Source: a virus
Lineage: Duplodnaviria > Caudoviricetes
Virus record (IMG/VR): IMGVR_UViG_3300048861_000082
Location: 1 to 44,556 of that record
Direction: 5' to 3' (one strand)
Length of the DNA: 44,556 bases
Shown here: positions 27,844 through 36,040 of the stretch, piece by piece
How positions within the stretch are numbered: the stretch's first letter is position 1
Layout of the letters: each line of letters begins with the position of its first letter
Position numbers and translations under genes: made by a program
The notes under the pieces: generated by a model
Database searches by the model: none
The model's input: only the letters and a program-made list of their open reading frames with translations
Told to the model about the DNA's origin: nothing

Positions 27844-28016
27844 AATCCGACGACTCTCATCGCGGAGGAGACATGTTGAAGGCTGATGCGTGCGGCCCGC
27901 ATGGCGCAGTGGCCGTCTATCGACGCGCGCGGCTGGTTGCTTCGCCTTCAGATTGACGTCGCCCGGCTGTTCTCTGCGTAGCCTGCCTACGCGTTGCGGC
28001 GTCAATCTCAAGGCAC

Positions 28017-28040
28017 AAAAAACCCGCCGGAGCGGGTTTC
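28017..28040 (-). terminator. Intrinsic terminator after GrlR-like gene
   Basis: AAAAAACCCGC-cgga-GCGGGTTT. Confidence 0.7.
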
Positions 28041-28052
28041 TGTTTGACGAAC

Positions 28053-28394
28053 TCAGAACAAGCCCGGTGGCGCTAGGTGAATGGCCTTGATGCGGATTCC
28101 CGCGCCGGCGCCGCTCGGAGAGGGTCCATCAAGATGAATGTCGTTACCGACGATTTTCCCATCCAGCGTGAGTTGAAATTGCCGCGACTGATTCCCGAAC
28201 ACATCCTGGGCGCCGGCTGCGTACGCCTTCACTTTCAGTTCGACACGAATCTTCTGCTCTTCACCGGAGATCGAGCCCGAATATAAGTACTGATCGTCAG
28301 CGCCGTGAACCTGCCCCGCGTCGACGAACACAACACCCTTCGCGCCCTGCGTCACCGCGCTAAAGTCCACTTCGTAAAATCCACTGATATTCAC
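28053..28394 (-). CDS. GrlR-like beta-barrel protein (moron)
   Basis: GFYEVDF...KGVVFV..GQVHGADDQYLYSG pattern typical of the GrlR family; GAGGAG RBS with GTG start. Confidence 0.6.
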   Translation of the reverse strand: MNISGFYEVDFSAVTQGAKGVVFVDAGQVHGADDQYLYSGSISGEEQKIRVELKVKAYAAGAQDVFGNQSRQFQLTLDGKIVGNDIHLDGPSPSGAGAGIRIKAIHLAPPGLF

Positions 28395-28438
28395 TTTATA
28401 GTCTCCTCGGAATCCGCGATCACCGCGGGGGAGTAGCA

Positions 28439-28467
28439 ATACTAGCCACTCACCACCACGGTGACAA
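28439..28467 (-). promoter_or_regulatory. sigma70 promoter of GrlR-like moron
   Basis: Minus strand TTGTCA-17 nt-TAGTAT. Confidence 0.6.
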
Positions 28468-28480
28468 TGAAGAGGAGCAC

Positions 28481-28515
28481 AAAAAAGCCCGCTGGCTTTC
28501 GCTTAGCGGGCTTTC
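28481..28515 (-). terminator. tR'-like terminator
   Basis: AAAAAAGCCCGCT...AGCGGGCTTT about 70-100 nt downstream of the pR'-like promoter. Confidence 0.7.
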
Positions 28516-28588
28516 TCTACCGACGCCTATGCCTCCCAACCGGGAAACAAAAGCTCACGCGCGGGGCGGATTCGGTAATCTGGTGCAG

Positions 28589-28617
28589 ATCATAGAACAA
28601 CTTTCTCGGGTTTACAA
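28589..28617 (-). promoter_or_regulatory. Late promoter pR'-like
   Basis: Minus strand TTGTAA-17 nt-TATGAT overlapping the stop codon of the Q-like gene. Confidence 0.7.
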
Positions 28618-29021
28618 CCATCTTTCCGAATATTTTTGATGATCTGATTTGTTGTCAGTGTCGAGATGCGTTTCGAGATCGCGGCGTGCGCTTCTGCCAG
28701 AACCAAATCGAACGGGCGGCCTCTCAAATTCGCCTTGTGCGTCTTCCGCATGCGCGTCTGCACTTGAACCGGCGACATGCGCAGCACGTAGGTGTATTTG
28801 AGAACCCACTTGTACACGTGGTCAGGCATGCTGGACCATGCAGCCTCAACGATCCAACCGTCCCTCTCGACCGGCGTTACGGCCGATGGCGGATTGGCAC
28901 CATCGCGCAGTGCAACGCACATGTGCGCCCATTGAGCGCACACGCCACTGTGAAACTTGGGCGAGCGCACGGTGCTACCCCAGTTGTCCAGGCGGTGCTC
29001 AAAGTTCTTGAAGTCGCTCAT
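28590..29021 (-). CDS. Late antitermination protein Q-like
   Basis: RLDNWG N-terminus, VLKYTYV; last early gene before pR'/tR'. Confidence 0.65.
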   Translation of the reverse strand: MSDFKNFEHRLDNWGSTVRSPKFHSGVCAQWAHMCVALRDGANPPSAVTPVERDGWIVEAAWSSMPDHVYKWVLKYTYVLRMSPVQVQTRMRKTHKANLRGRPFDLVLAEAHAAISKRISTLTTNQIIKNIRKDGCKPEKVVL

Positions 29022-29215
29022 CTATCCCCCGTGCGGTACTTGTTGCATCGAATCATTTTAAATACGTCTTGCTGCGCTTTTTGCTGGCCCTTGCGACATG
29101 TGAACTTGCGGAAGCCTGGCGTGTAGTCTCGGTCCAAATTCCGACAACCCGCGCATGTCGCGTCTTGCCTCTCCTGCACGATGATCATCGGATCGCGTTG
29201 CTCGGCGAGCCTCAT
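29018..29215 (-). CDS. Small Cys-rich hypothetical protein
   Basis: MRLAEQRDPMII...CAGC...C...C; ATGA overlaps at both ends. Confidence 0.6.
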   Translation of the reverse strand: MRLAEQRDPMIIVQERQDATCAGCRNLDRDYTPGFRKFTCRKGQQKAQQDVFKMIRCNKYRTGDR

Positions 29216-29478
29216 ACACAGCCCACCGATGCGCGGTACTTCGCGTAGGGCTTGCGAATGTGTTGGTCGAACTTGGCGCGCGCCGCAGCGTCGTGATCGA
29301 GCAGCGCGCGGCTGTTGACACCGCATACAGCGCGGATGAAGCCGGCCGCGTCTTGGGGGCCGTGGCAGGGGTTTTCCTGGATCAGCGCCACCCAGTCCCA
29401 GAACGCCTGTTCGTTCGACCACATGCCAGCGAGCTTGGCGAGCTCGCCGCCTTTGAGTCGTTGTGTCGTCGTGCTCAC
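29212..29478 (-). CDS. Hypothetical phage protein
   Basis: GTG start; LAGMW...FWDW...IRAVCGVNSRALLDH; coupled to neighbours. Confidence 0.65.
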   Translation of the reverse strand: MSTTTQRLKGGELAKLAGMWSNEQAFWDWVALIQENPCHGPQDAAGFIRAVCGVNSRALLDHDAAARAKFDQHIRKPYAKYRASVGCV

Positions 29479-29726
29479 ATGACCACCATATAGTGAATGC
29501 CGTGGTGCATCAGCCAATCGCCCAGCGCATAACGCAAGGTGGCAAGCTTCGGCCATGCGAACTCGACCTGAATGCGTCCATCGTTCAGGACATCGATATG
29601 GCCGATCAGCGGACAATCATCGAACGAGACAAGCTTCTCGCGCGTGATGCTGTCGACCCATTGCCGGCTCGACTCGGTCAGAGCGTCCGGAACGTCGGCG
29701 TATTGGATGTATGCGTGTGCGCTCAT
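29475..29726 (-). CDS. Hypothetical phage protein
   Basis: 83-aa ORF coupled to neighbours. Confidence 0.6.
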   Translation of the reverse strand: MSAHAYIQYADVPDALTESSRQWVDSITREKLVSFDDCPLIGHIDVLNDGRIQVEFAWPKLATLRYALGDWLMHHGIHYMVVM

Positions 29727-29851
29727 TTTTTAATCCACAGCAGAACGACGCCCATCAGAATGATCTCCACCACCAGCACCGGAATAGTCCAGCCGAAGTT
29801 AGACGGTGGGCGCGACGGGCGCGGCTGCGGAATTACCGGTCTGTTGCTCAT
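29723..29851 (-). CDS. Small single-TM protein (42 aa)
   Basis: Not in ORF track; MSNRPVIPQPRPSRPPSNFGWTIPVLVVEIILMGVVLLWIKK; ATGA overlaps both neighbours; GGAG RBS. Confidence 0.6.
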   Translation of the reverse strand: MSNRPVIPQPRPSRPPSNFGWTIPVLVVEIILMGVVLLWIKK

Positions 29852-30165
29852 GCCATCTCCTTAACGTCCCATTCCGGATCACCACTGGCGAGAAACGCCG
29901 CCAGCGTCTTTCGATGCGTGTTCACCCATACCTGCACGCGGATCGTGCCGTCGTCCTTGATCCCTGCAACGCTCACATGCTCGCGAAGGTCGTCGGGCAA
30001 TTCGATGTCGGCCCAGATATAGCCACGGCCCAATCCGCGATACCAATCGGTCTGCTCGGGCCCATACAGCCGCACGACGTTGAACCACGCACTATGGAAG
30101 TTCGACTGAAGCCGCCCGCGCACACGGCGCGTCGATTTCAGCGGCACGTTCACGAACAACTGCAT
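29848..30165 (-). CDS. Hypothetical phage protein
   Basis: 105-aa ORF, GGAGG RBS, coupled. Confidence 0.6.
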   Translation of the reverse strand: MQLFVNVPLKSTRRVRGRLQSNFHSAWFNVVRLYGPEQTDWYRGLGRGYIWADIELPDDLREHVSVAGIKDDGTIRVQVWVNTHRKTLAAFLASGDPEWDVKEMA

Positions 30166-30899
30166 TACGCTGCCTCCCAGGTGAGCGCCTTAGCGCGCGG
30201 TGGGATAGTCACCAGCGTGGCCAGGTCGAGCAGCGTGAAGTACCCGTCGCGAAACACCGCCCCCGTGTCGATGTGGTACACGTTGCCGAGGATCGCGGGA
30301 CGTTTGAGCGGCGTATGCCCGACGACCACGGCGCGAACGTCGGGCACGCCTGATACGTCTTCGGACTGGACGCGCTGACGATCCCACAGGCAATGGTTGG
30401 TGATCGCCTTGAGCTTGTTGTTGCTGGTCACGTTGGCGAAATGAGTCACCATTTCGGCCCACGTCTCGCCGGCCACGTCCGCGTGAACGATGCCGACGAG
30501 GCCGTCAGCCGTTTCTACTTCAATCGCGTAGGGCAACGTGGCGAGTCCAAGCGCGTACTCGCTCTGCTCGTGCGGCGGCATGCCGACCAGCCATGCGCCG
30601 CCGTTCATCAAATAGTGAGCAGCGTCACGCTGGCCGGGATTCACGTAGCGAATTGCCATATCCTCATGATTACCCTGCACCGCGTGGAACCATGGCTTTG
30701 CGATCCATTCGAGGGCCGCCTCAGAATCCGGGCCGCGGTCGACCAGATCGCCGACCGAGAACAGCCGGTCTCGCGCTGCATCGAAACCGTTGCTGTCGAG
30801 CACTGTTTGCAACAGGCCGAAACAGCCGTGGATGTCGCCGACGGCAAAGTCGCGGCCTTGGGTGTTCATCTGAAACCGTTTCACGTAAGGTGTATTCAA
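30165..30899 (-). CDS. Ser/Thr protein phosphatase (lambda NinI-like metallophosphoesterase)
   Basis: GDIHG, VGDLVDRGP, GNHE, GHTP, IDTGA motifs. Confidence 0.92.
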   Translation of the reverse strand: MNTPYVKRFQMNTQGRDFAVGDIHGCFGLLQTVLDSNGFDAARDRLFSVGDLVDRGPDSEAALEWIAKPWFHAVQGNHEDMAIRYVNPGQRDAAHYLMNGGAWLVGMPPHEQSEYALGLATLPYAIEVETADGLVGIVHADVAGETWAEMVTHFANVTSNNKLKAITNHCLWDRQRVQSEDVSGVPDVRAVVVGHTPLKRPAILGNVYHIDTGAVFRDGYFTLLDLATLVTIPPRAKALTWEAA

Positions 30900-31339
30900 G
30901 CTGCCTCCTGCATTTCGAATCCCATCTTTCTCGCGCGCCGCGGTTCCCATCGCGCAAACCCGGCATCGAACCTGGCGAACTTCTCTTCGCGCGGCGCCGG
31001 ACCTTGATCGAGCCACGCATGGCACAACATGCAGCCCGGCAGCGTTCGTTCATGGCTCGCCTTCAGCCCCATCCCCTTCCCTGCGCTCAGCCGGTTGTCG
31101 TGGCATGGCACAACCGTCGGATCTGCCCAATCGCACCGCGCGCACTTCACATTCAGGTAGCACGGCTCGCCCTTGCATGCCGCCAGATACTTCGAACCCT
31201 CTGCGACCGTGACACGCTTCTTCTTCGACTTCATCGCGCTCTTGCGCACCAGCGTCTGCGTGTTGCGGTCGAGCTGCGCTTTGAACGGTTTTCGCTCGAT
31301 GCGCTTACCCGGCTTCTTGAATGTCGAGTTCCACGTCAT
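30896..31339 (-). CDS. DUF1364-like putative nuclease
   Basis: YLAACKGEPC...TVVPCH...GKGMGLKA...GCMLCHAWLD motif. Confidence 0.75.
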   Translation of the reverse strand: MTWNSTFKKPGKRIERKPFKAQLDRNTQTLVRKSAMKSKKKRVTVAEGSKYLAACKGEPCYLNVKCARCDWADPTVVPCHDNRLSAGKGMGLKASHERTLPGCMLCHAWLDQGPAPREEKFARFDAGFARWEPRRARKMGFEMQEAA

Positions 31340-31803
31340 TTGCCGCATCCCCTGCCGATTTCGCCGGGGTTGTCGGCGGCCGTGAACCGCCTCCAATGCA
31401 CCCAACCCGCCAGCGGGCAGTGAAAGCCCCACTCGCGGTAGCGCGGGCCGGTGATGAAGATCGTCCAGCACTCGCCGTCTACCAATTCCAGCCGGTGGGC
31501 CGCGCTGCCGAACACTCGAAGCTTCCACGCGCCGGCGCGGCGCTCGGTGCGCACGTTGACGCCGCCCGCCGCGATCGTGTGTTCGACGTACGTGCCGCGC
31601 AGCAGGATCGACAGGTTTGTCCAGGGGTGATCGTGCAGCGCGCGGTCGTCATCGCTGCGAAGGAAGCGATGCAGGTAGACGTTGAAGAACCGGTTGCGCG
31701 GGATGACCCACCAACGAATCAAATACGGGTTGGTGCGGTCGCCTATCACGACGTCTGGGGCGCGGCGTGTCACGCGCGCGATGATCCGGTCTGCGAGTTT
31801 CAT
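31336..31803 (-). CDS. Cupin-like phage protein
   Basis: NVYLHRFLRSDDDRALHDHPW...G.Y.E...HRLEL...TIFITGP..REWGF. Confidence 0.7.
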   Translation of the reverse strand: MKLADRIIARVTRRAPDVVIGDRTNPYLIRWWVIPRNRFFNVYLHRFLRSDDDRALHDHPWTNLSILLRGTYVEHTIAAGGVNVRTERRAGAWKLRVFGSAAHRLELVDGECWTIFITGPRYREWGFHCPLAGWVHWRRFTAADNPGEIGRGCGK

Positions 31804-32462
31804 GCGGCCACCTGCTGAACGAGAGAAGCAAACGGATTGGCTGCGCCGGCGCGCATGCGAAGCCGCTGGCGATACCCGCGGCAGCACTCGGTCGCTGTCA
31901 TCCGAGCAGGGCGACGAGCATCCGGCCCACTTCCCAATTCCCAGCGCGCGGCCCAGTCGCCGGTGAGCGTCTCGCGCGTCCATTCGGCGATGCGATACTT
32001 CGTGCCGCGCATCTTCGACAGAAGGTTATGAACCGACTGAACCTGCGCACCGATCTGCTTTGCGAGCTGCTTTACAGTCATCTGTGCGCCAGCGACAAGA
32101 AGTGCCTCGATTGATCGGTCAATCCACGAATAACCGGTGCGCTCACTGCGCGGCGGCGATCCAGTGATTTCCAACCGGCTCGCCTCAGCCTTGGCGGATG
32201 CATAGGACCGGCCGGTCAGCCGACGCGAGACACCCAATTTGATCGATTCCTTGCCGGCGTATATTTCGCGAAGGATTGCGCGCTCCGCATCGGTCCATAT
32301 AGAGGCCTCCGAAAAGCGAAAACCCAACTCCGTTGCATGGCCCTTCGCCCCCTCCCACGTGCGACCCGGAAGCCGATGCATTTGGCTTATGAGAGGCACG
32401 CCTTCTTTCGCGATCGCAGCCAGCGTCGCTTCTTCTTCGGGGCTCCATCGCTTGCCGCCCAT
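31800..32462 (-). CDS. Hypothetical protein with Myb/SANT-like repeats and HTH
   Basis: Two W(S/T)xxE...L...GR(T/S) repeats. Confidence 0.6.
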   Translation of the reverse strand: MGGKRWSPEEEATLAAIAKEGVPLISQMHRLPGRTWEGAKGHATELGFRFSEASIWTDAERAILREIYAGKESIKLGVSRRLTGRSYASAKAEASRLEITGSPPRSERTGYSWIDRSIEALLVAGAQMTVKQLAKQIGAQVQSVHNLLSKMRGTKYRIAEWTRETLTGDWAARWELGSGPDARRPARMTATECCRGYRQRLRMRAGAANPFASLVQQVAA

Positions 32463-33059
32463 TTACTTAACCTCCTTGATCGTGATGCCGCGCGCGGCCA
32501 TCAAATGACGTTTGATCCGGTATCCCTCGGTGACGCGACCCTTGACGTCCTCGACGATCGTCTTGCCGTCTTGCTCGTAGACGAAGTCCGCGACGTAGCG
32601 CAGCGCCGGGCGCTTGCGGCCCGCGATCACCACCGGCTCAGCCAGAACGAACGGCACCTGCAATTCCAGATCGCTGATCTCGCCGCGCACCTGCATCTGC
32701 ATCAGGTCGTGCCAGCGCATCATTTCCCGCTTGCTGTCGAACTTGATGCCGCCGCTTTCGCATTTCTGGTTGCGGTACTTCGGCGCCTTCGCCGTGCCTG
32801 CGGTTTTCGTCAGGCGCTTGATCGCGTTCTCTAGCGGCGCCGGCTGGCCGATCTGTGCAGCGATAGCCGCAGATGCCTTGACGCTCGCTGAGATGCCGTC
32901 GGCAACTTCGTCGAAAGTGCTGTGCGGCGCATTGCCTGTGCGGCGCATCAACTCGCGCTCGGCGAAACTGCGGCCGATCGTCTTGTCTTCGCGCACGCGC
33001 GCGGTGCCGACCTTCGTCGTGCCTTCCGGGTAGCGGAGTGCGTTCGAGCGGCTCGTCAT
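32463..33059 (-). CDS. DUF1064 PD-(D/E)xK endonuclease
   Basis: KYRN...FDSKRE...LQVPF...YVADFVY...VEDVKG motifs. Confidence 0.88.
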   Translation of the reverse strand: MTSRSNALRYPEGTTKVGTARVREDKTIGRSFAERELMRRTGNAPHSTFDEVADGISASVKASAAIAAQIGQPAPLENAIKRLTKTAGTAKAPKYRNQKCESGGIKFDSKREMMRWHDLMQMQVRGEISDLELQVPFVLAEPVVIAGRKRPALRYVADFVYEQDGKTIVEDVKGRVTEGYRIKRHLMAARGITIKEVK

Positions 33060-34081
33060 GCGGCCTCCGCTTGCGCAACCTTCTCGCGCGGAATGTCGTT
33101 GAAGTAGCCGTACAGAGCGTCGTACTGCTCGGCACCGAATCGCGCCGCGTCGCGCAGCATGTCTTCCATCCATTCGCCCGGGCCCGACGCCTTCACGACG
33201 CGCGCCTTGAAGCGCATGAAAACTTCGCCCTCTTTCTGCGACATGCCGAGCCGCTTGCCCTGCTCCGATACGCCCGCATTCGACTTGTGCCAATCGGTCG
33301 GCGCGGAACCCTCAGCAGCAGCCGCGGCCTCGTCTTTCGTTTCCCAGATGCCGGTCCAGCCGCGCAACACCGATTCCTCGATCGCCGCGACCACATCGAG
33401 GCCACGTTCGTGCAGCTTCCCCAGTTTCTTCAGCGAGACCACCGATGCGGGACGCGTCCACGGAACATCCGCTTTCTTTTCCTTCGCCTCGCGGTGTTCG
33501 CACCACATGTCCCACGATTCGAAAGGCAGCCAAGCAGGTAAATCGATGTTCAGAAGTTCGGCATGCAACGCAATTCGCGGCGCACGCCGCGCGCCTTGAC
33601 GGTTCTCTGACGGTTCCTTGGTGGTTCCTGACGAGTCGGGTGCAAAGCTATTGCACCCTTTAGCGTCGTCGTTTGCACCGTTTGTGTCGCCAGTTGCACC
33701 CTTTGTGTCGCCAGTTGCACCCTTTGTGTCGCCGTTTTCTCCCTTTCCATTCGGTGCAGAATCTGCGCCCTTTGAGCCAGCGGAAATGGGTGCAAGGTCT
33801 GCGCCCTTTATCCATTCGGGGTTGATGCGGTATTCGCGAGCGCGACCACGCCCGCCACCTTGGTTTGCGACGAGGATCAACCAGCCGCGTTTGATCATTC
33901 TCTTGATCTGGTACTGCACTGCACGCTCGGACTGACGCGTCTTCGTCGCCATCGTCTCGATGCTCGGGAAGATGTGTGTGCCGTCGTCGTCGGCGTAGTC
34001 AGCCAGCTTTAGCGCGAGATTGAGTTCGCCACCGCCTTCCGGATAGCGATCCCAGACCTTGTCCATGACCTTGATGCTCAC
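33056..34081 (-). CDS. Replication initiator (HTH_36, O-like)
   Basis: LALKLADYADDDG..IFPSIETMA.KT..SERAVQ N-terminal HTH; internal iterons. Confidence 0.85.
   Translation of the reverse strand: MSIKVMDKVWDRYPEGGGELNLALKLADYADDDGTHIFPSIETMATKTRQSERAVQYQIKRMIKRGWLILVANQGGGRGRAREYRINPEWIKGADLAPISAGSKGADSAPNGKGENGDTKGATGDTKGATGDTNGANDDAKGCNSFAPDSSGTTKEPSENRQGARRAPRIALHAELLNIDLPAWLPFESWDMWCEHREAKEKKADVPWTRPASVVSLKKLGKLHERGLDVVAAIEESVLRGWTGIWETKDEAAAAAEGSAPTDWHKSNAGVSEQGKRLGMSQKEGEVFMRFKARVVKASGPGEWMEDMLRDAARFGAEQYDALYGYFNDIPREKVAQAEAA
33638..33809. repeat. Replication origin iterons
   Basis: About 21-bp tandem units TTGCACCCTTTGTGTCGCCAG (3 near-perfect plus 1 degenerate, 33651-33735) flanked by GGTGCA-N-TGC(A/G)CCC palindromes. 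Confidence 0.8.
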
Positions 34082-34338
34082 GCTGCGACCCCCAGCTTCA
34101 CGCGGTACAGGTTCGCTCCGTCGCGCGCAACGATCTCGACCAGCCCAGCCGTCTCAAGCGCTTTGATCTGCGTGCGCACGGCAGATGCAGACAGCCCGCA
34201 TTTGGCCGACAGCACGCGGACAGACGGAAAGCACTCGCCGGTCGATTGCACTGCGGCGTCTGCAAGCGCCATCAGCACGATCTTCTGTGCCGCGCGCAGG
34301 TCTTTTTGCCAAGCGAGGTTGACGAGATGAATGCTCAT
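34078..34338 (-). CDS. Stand-alone HTH_36 protein resembling the initiator N-terminus
   Basis: MSIHLVNLAW...KIVLMALAD...CFPSVRVLSAKCGLS. Confidence 0.75.
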   Translation of the reverse strand: MSIHLVNLAWQKDLRAAQKIVLMALADAAVQSTGECFPSVRVLSAKCGLSASAVRTQIKALETAGLVEIVARDGANLYRVKLGVAA

Positions 34339-34345
34339 AGGATTC

Positions 34346-34516
34346 TCAGTGGCCGCACGGCAGAGAGCCGTCTTTGGATTGCTTAGCGCCGCACGACAGA
34401 CAGGTCCGTCGACCGTGCTCAAGGACTTCAGGTGCGATGCCAAACGCTTCGCCGAGACTCTTGACGAGCCAGTCGGCGAAGCGCTCCTGAGTCATTTCAG
34501 ATGTTCTGTGGCTCAT
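34346..34516 (-). CDS. Small hypothetical protein with CxxC...C-H
   Basis: Not in ORF track; 56 aa, ends RTCLSCGAKQSKDGSLPCGH; ATGA-coupled. Confidence 0.55.
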   Translation of the reverse strand: MSHRTSEMTQERFADWLVKSLGEAFGIAPEVLEHGRRTCLSCGAKQSKDGSLPCGH

Positions 34517-34818
34517 TGCGACTCCGGCAGCCTAATCAGCTGCTGGCGACTGCGTCGGTCCGACTCTTTACGGGTGCCGCGCACTTGCAGGCGGTTTGCA
34601 TCGAGCAATTCGCGTGTGCGACCGCAAACGGTCGGAACTAGCATCTTTGCGCGGATGGCGATTTCTTCGCGCGTCATCAGCACGTCGGCGGACGTGAAGA
34701 GCGCCATGATCCGCAAGTGTGATTCCGACAGTTGGCGATTCGTCAGCGCGTGATAGGCGTCCTGCTGCGTCTCGGCGACACGACGGCCTGAGCGTTCGCT
34801 GTAAAAGCTCGCTTCCAT
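34513..34818 (-). CDS. Winged-helix hypothetical protein
   Basis: MTREEIA....LVPTVCGRTREL HTH-like; GGAG RBS. Confidence 0.65.
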   Translation of the reverse strand: MEASFYSERSGRRVAETQQDAYHALTNRQLSESHLRIMALFTSADVLMTREEIAIRAKMLVPTVCGRTRELLDANRLQVRGTRKESDRRSRQQLIRLPESQ

Positions 34819-34929
34819 ATGGGCTCCGGTAGGAGTACTAAATCGGGACATAAGACGCCTGGCTCGCAAGAGGCTTATGTGTCGATTCAACCCATTTAAT
34901 GCGCCGGCCGGTCTGACCGGCGCCGTACT

Positions 34930-35112
34930 TCAATGTCCCTGCTCTGTCTGCACCATCAGTTGTCCGACCTGCTTGAATGCCTCGAACAATTCCGGATCTT
35001 CGGTCCTTAATTTCTTGATCTCCTCCCGTAATTTGTAAGTGTCGTTGCCGACCGTGCTTTTTGCTTGTTCGAATGCCCCCTGGACTTTCGAGAGTGCTAC
35101 CTCATCGTCCAT
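34930..35112 (-). CDS. Hypothetical protein
   Basis: 60 aa, GAGG RBS. Confidence 0.55.
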   Translation of the reverse strand: MDDEVALSKVQGAFEQAKSTVGNDTYKLREEIKKLRTEDPELFEAFKQVGQLMVQTEQGH

Positions 35113-35113
35113 A

Positions 35114-35497
35114 TCACCTCTTGTTGGCGATCATCCTTTCCAAAATGGTCAATTCGGCACGGTCCGCCAACCACTGGCTGACCGCACGATTGCCTACGAC
35201 ACGCTCGAATTCGTCGACCTTATCGGCCGGCCAATTCGCCCGCTTCTTCCCCTTCGAATCAAACGCCTGGGGGTTCACGAAGTTGGTGACGTGCGGCGCG
35301 TATAGGCCACACAACTCCGCCAGCGTTCTTTTCGTCATGCCTCGAACGGACCGGTTTTCCCAGCCCAGCCAAACGGCATCGCGAAAAGACGCGCAGCCAG
35401 CGATCTCTTCATCAGGCAAAAAGCGCGGCGCCGGCGCGTCACGCTCCGGCCTAAGGCTATGTGCAGCAGCCTTGTGCGGCGTTTGTTGCGTCTGCAT
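35114..35497 (-). CDS. CII-position HTH regulator
   Basis: MTKRTLAELCGLYAPHVTNFV HTH; directly downstream of cro. Confidence 0.65.
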   Translation of the reverse strand: MQTQQTPHKAAAHSLRPERDAPAPRFLPDEEIAGCASFRDAVWLGWENRSVRGMTKRTLAELCGLYAPHVTNFVNPQAFDSKGKKRANWPADKVDEFERVVGNRAVSQWLADRAELTILERMIANKR

Positions 35498-35603
35498 CTA
35501 GTTACCTCGGTTGAAAAAATTCATCGGGTTACAACTTGGATTACTACTTTGCGGGGGTGCCAAATGAAGGGGTCCCAAGACCCCTTTGAACAACATGACC
35601 CAG

Positions 35604-35933
35604 CTAAGCAACCATTCGAGCCATCTTGTCGCTGCGCTTCACATTCCCCGCCGGCGGCTGAGCGTCGTCACTTGCGGCCGCCCGGTCGGTGGTAGAACCA
35701 CCATTTTTGGCGGACAACTCAGGCCAGATAGACTCCCAGTCGTCCGGGCGCAGCATCTGACGAGTCACGACACCGGAAGTCGCCTGCTCGATCGGCGTAC
35801 AGTGCTCGATGGGCACCTGACGGTCGGGAGACATCCATTGATGAACCGCGCCCTTCGTGACGCCAAGGATGTCGGCCAGTGCCTTGTAGCCACCGACAGT
35901 AGCCGCGGCAATCGCGATGGGGTGTTTGGTCAT
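35604..35933 (-). CDS. cro: Cro/YdaS-like repressor
   Basis: GGYKALADILGVTKGAVHQW...VPIEHC..IEQATSG.VTRQMLRPD; divergent from cI. Confidence 0.88.
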   Translation of the reverse strand: MTKHPIAIAAATVGGYKALADILGVTKGAVHQWMSPDRQVPIEHCTPIEQATSGVVTRQMLRPDDWESIWPELSAKNGGSTTDRAAASDDAQPPAGNVKRSDKMARMVA

Positions 35934-35966
35934 TTGGAGGTCGGGCAATGAGTGAGCTTCCGACCA

Positions 35967-36031
35967 AGTATAGATTTGCTAGACCAAAAAGTAAAGAAAA
36001 ACGAGACCCTAATCGTTTAGATTTCCTATAC
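35967..36031. promoter_or_regulatory. OR operators (three 17-bp sites) and pR
   Basis: GTATAGATTTGCTAGAC (35968), GTAAAGAAAAACGAGAC (35991), GTTTAGATTTCCTATAC (36015), spaced 23/24 bp; pR on minus strand TTTACT-17-TATACT. Confidence 0.8.
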
Positions 36032-36040
36032 CCTCCGCGC

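Noticed and set aside
27845-28012. tRNA gene in the late leader
   Set aside because: No cloverleaf, TTCGA T-loop or CCA end recognisable; kept only as a candidate structured RNA
33651-33735. 21-bp repeats as a CRISPR array
   Set aside because: Tandem with no unique spacers, in frame within the initiator, no cas genes
35948-36040. N-terminal extension of cI from ATG 35948
   Set aside because: Runs across the OR operators and pR; the HTH begins at ATG 36041
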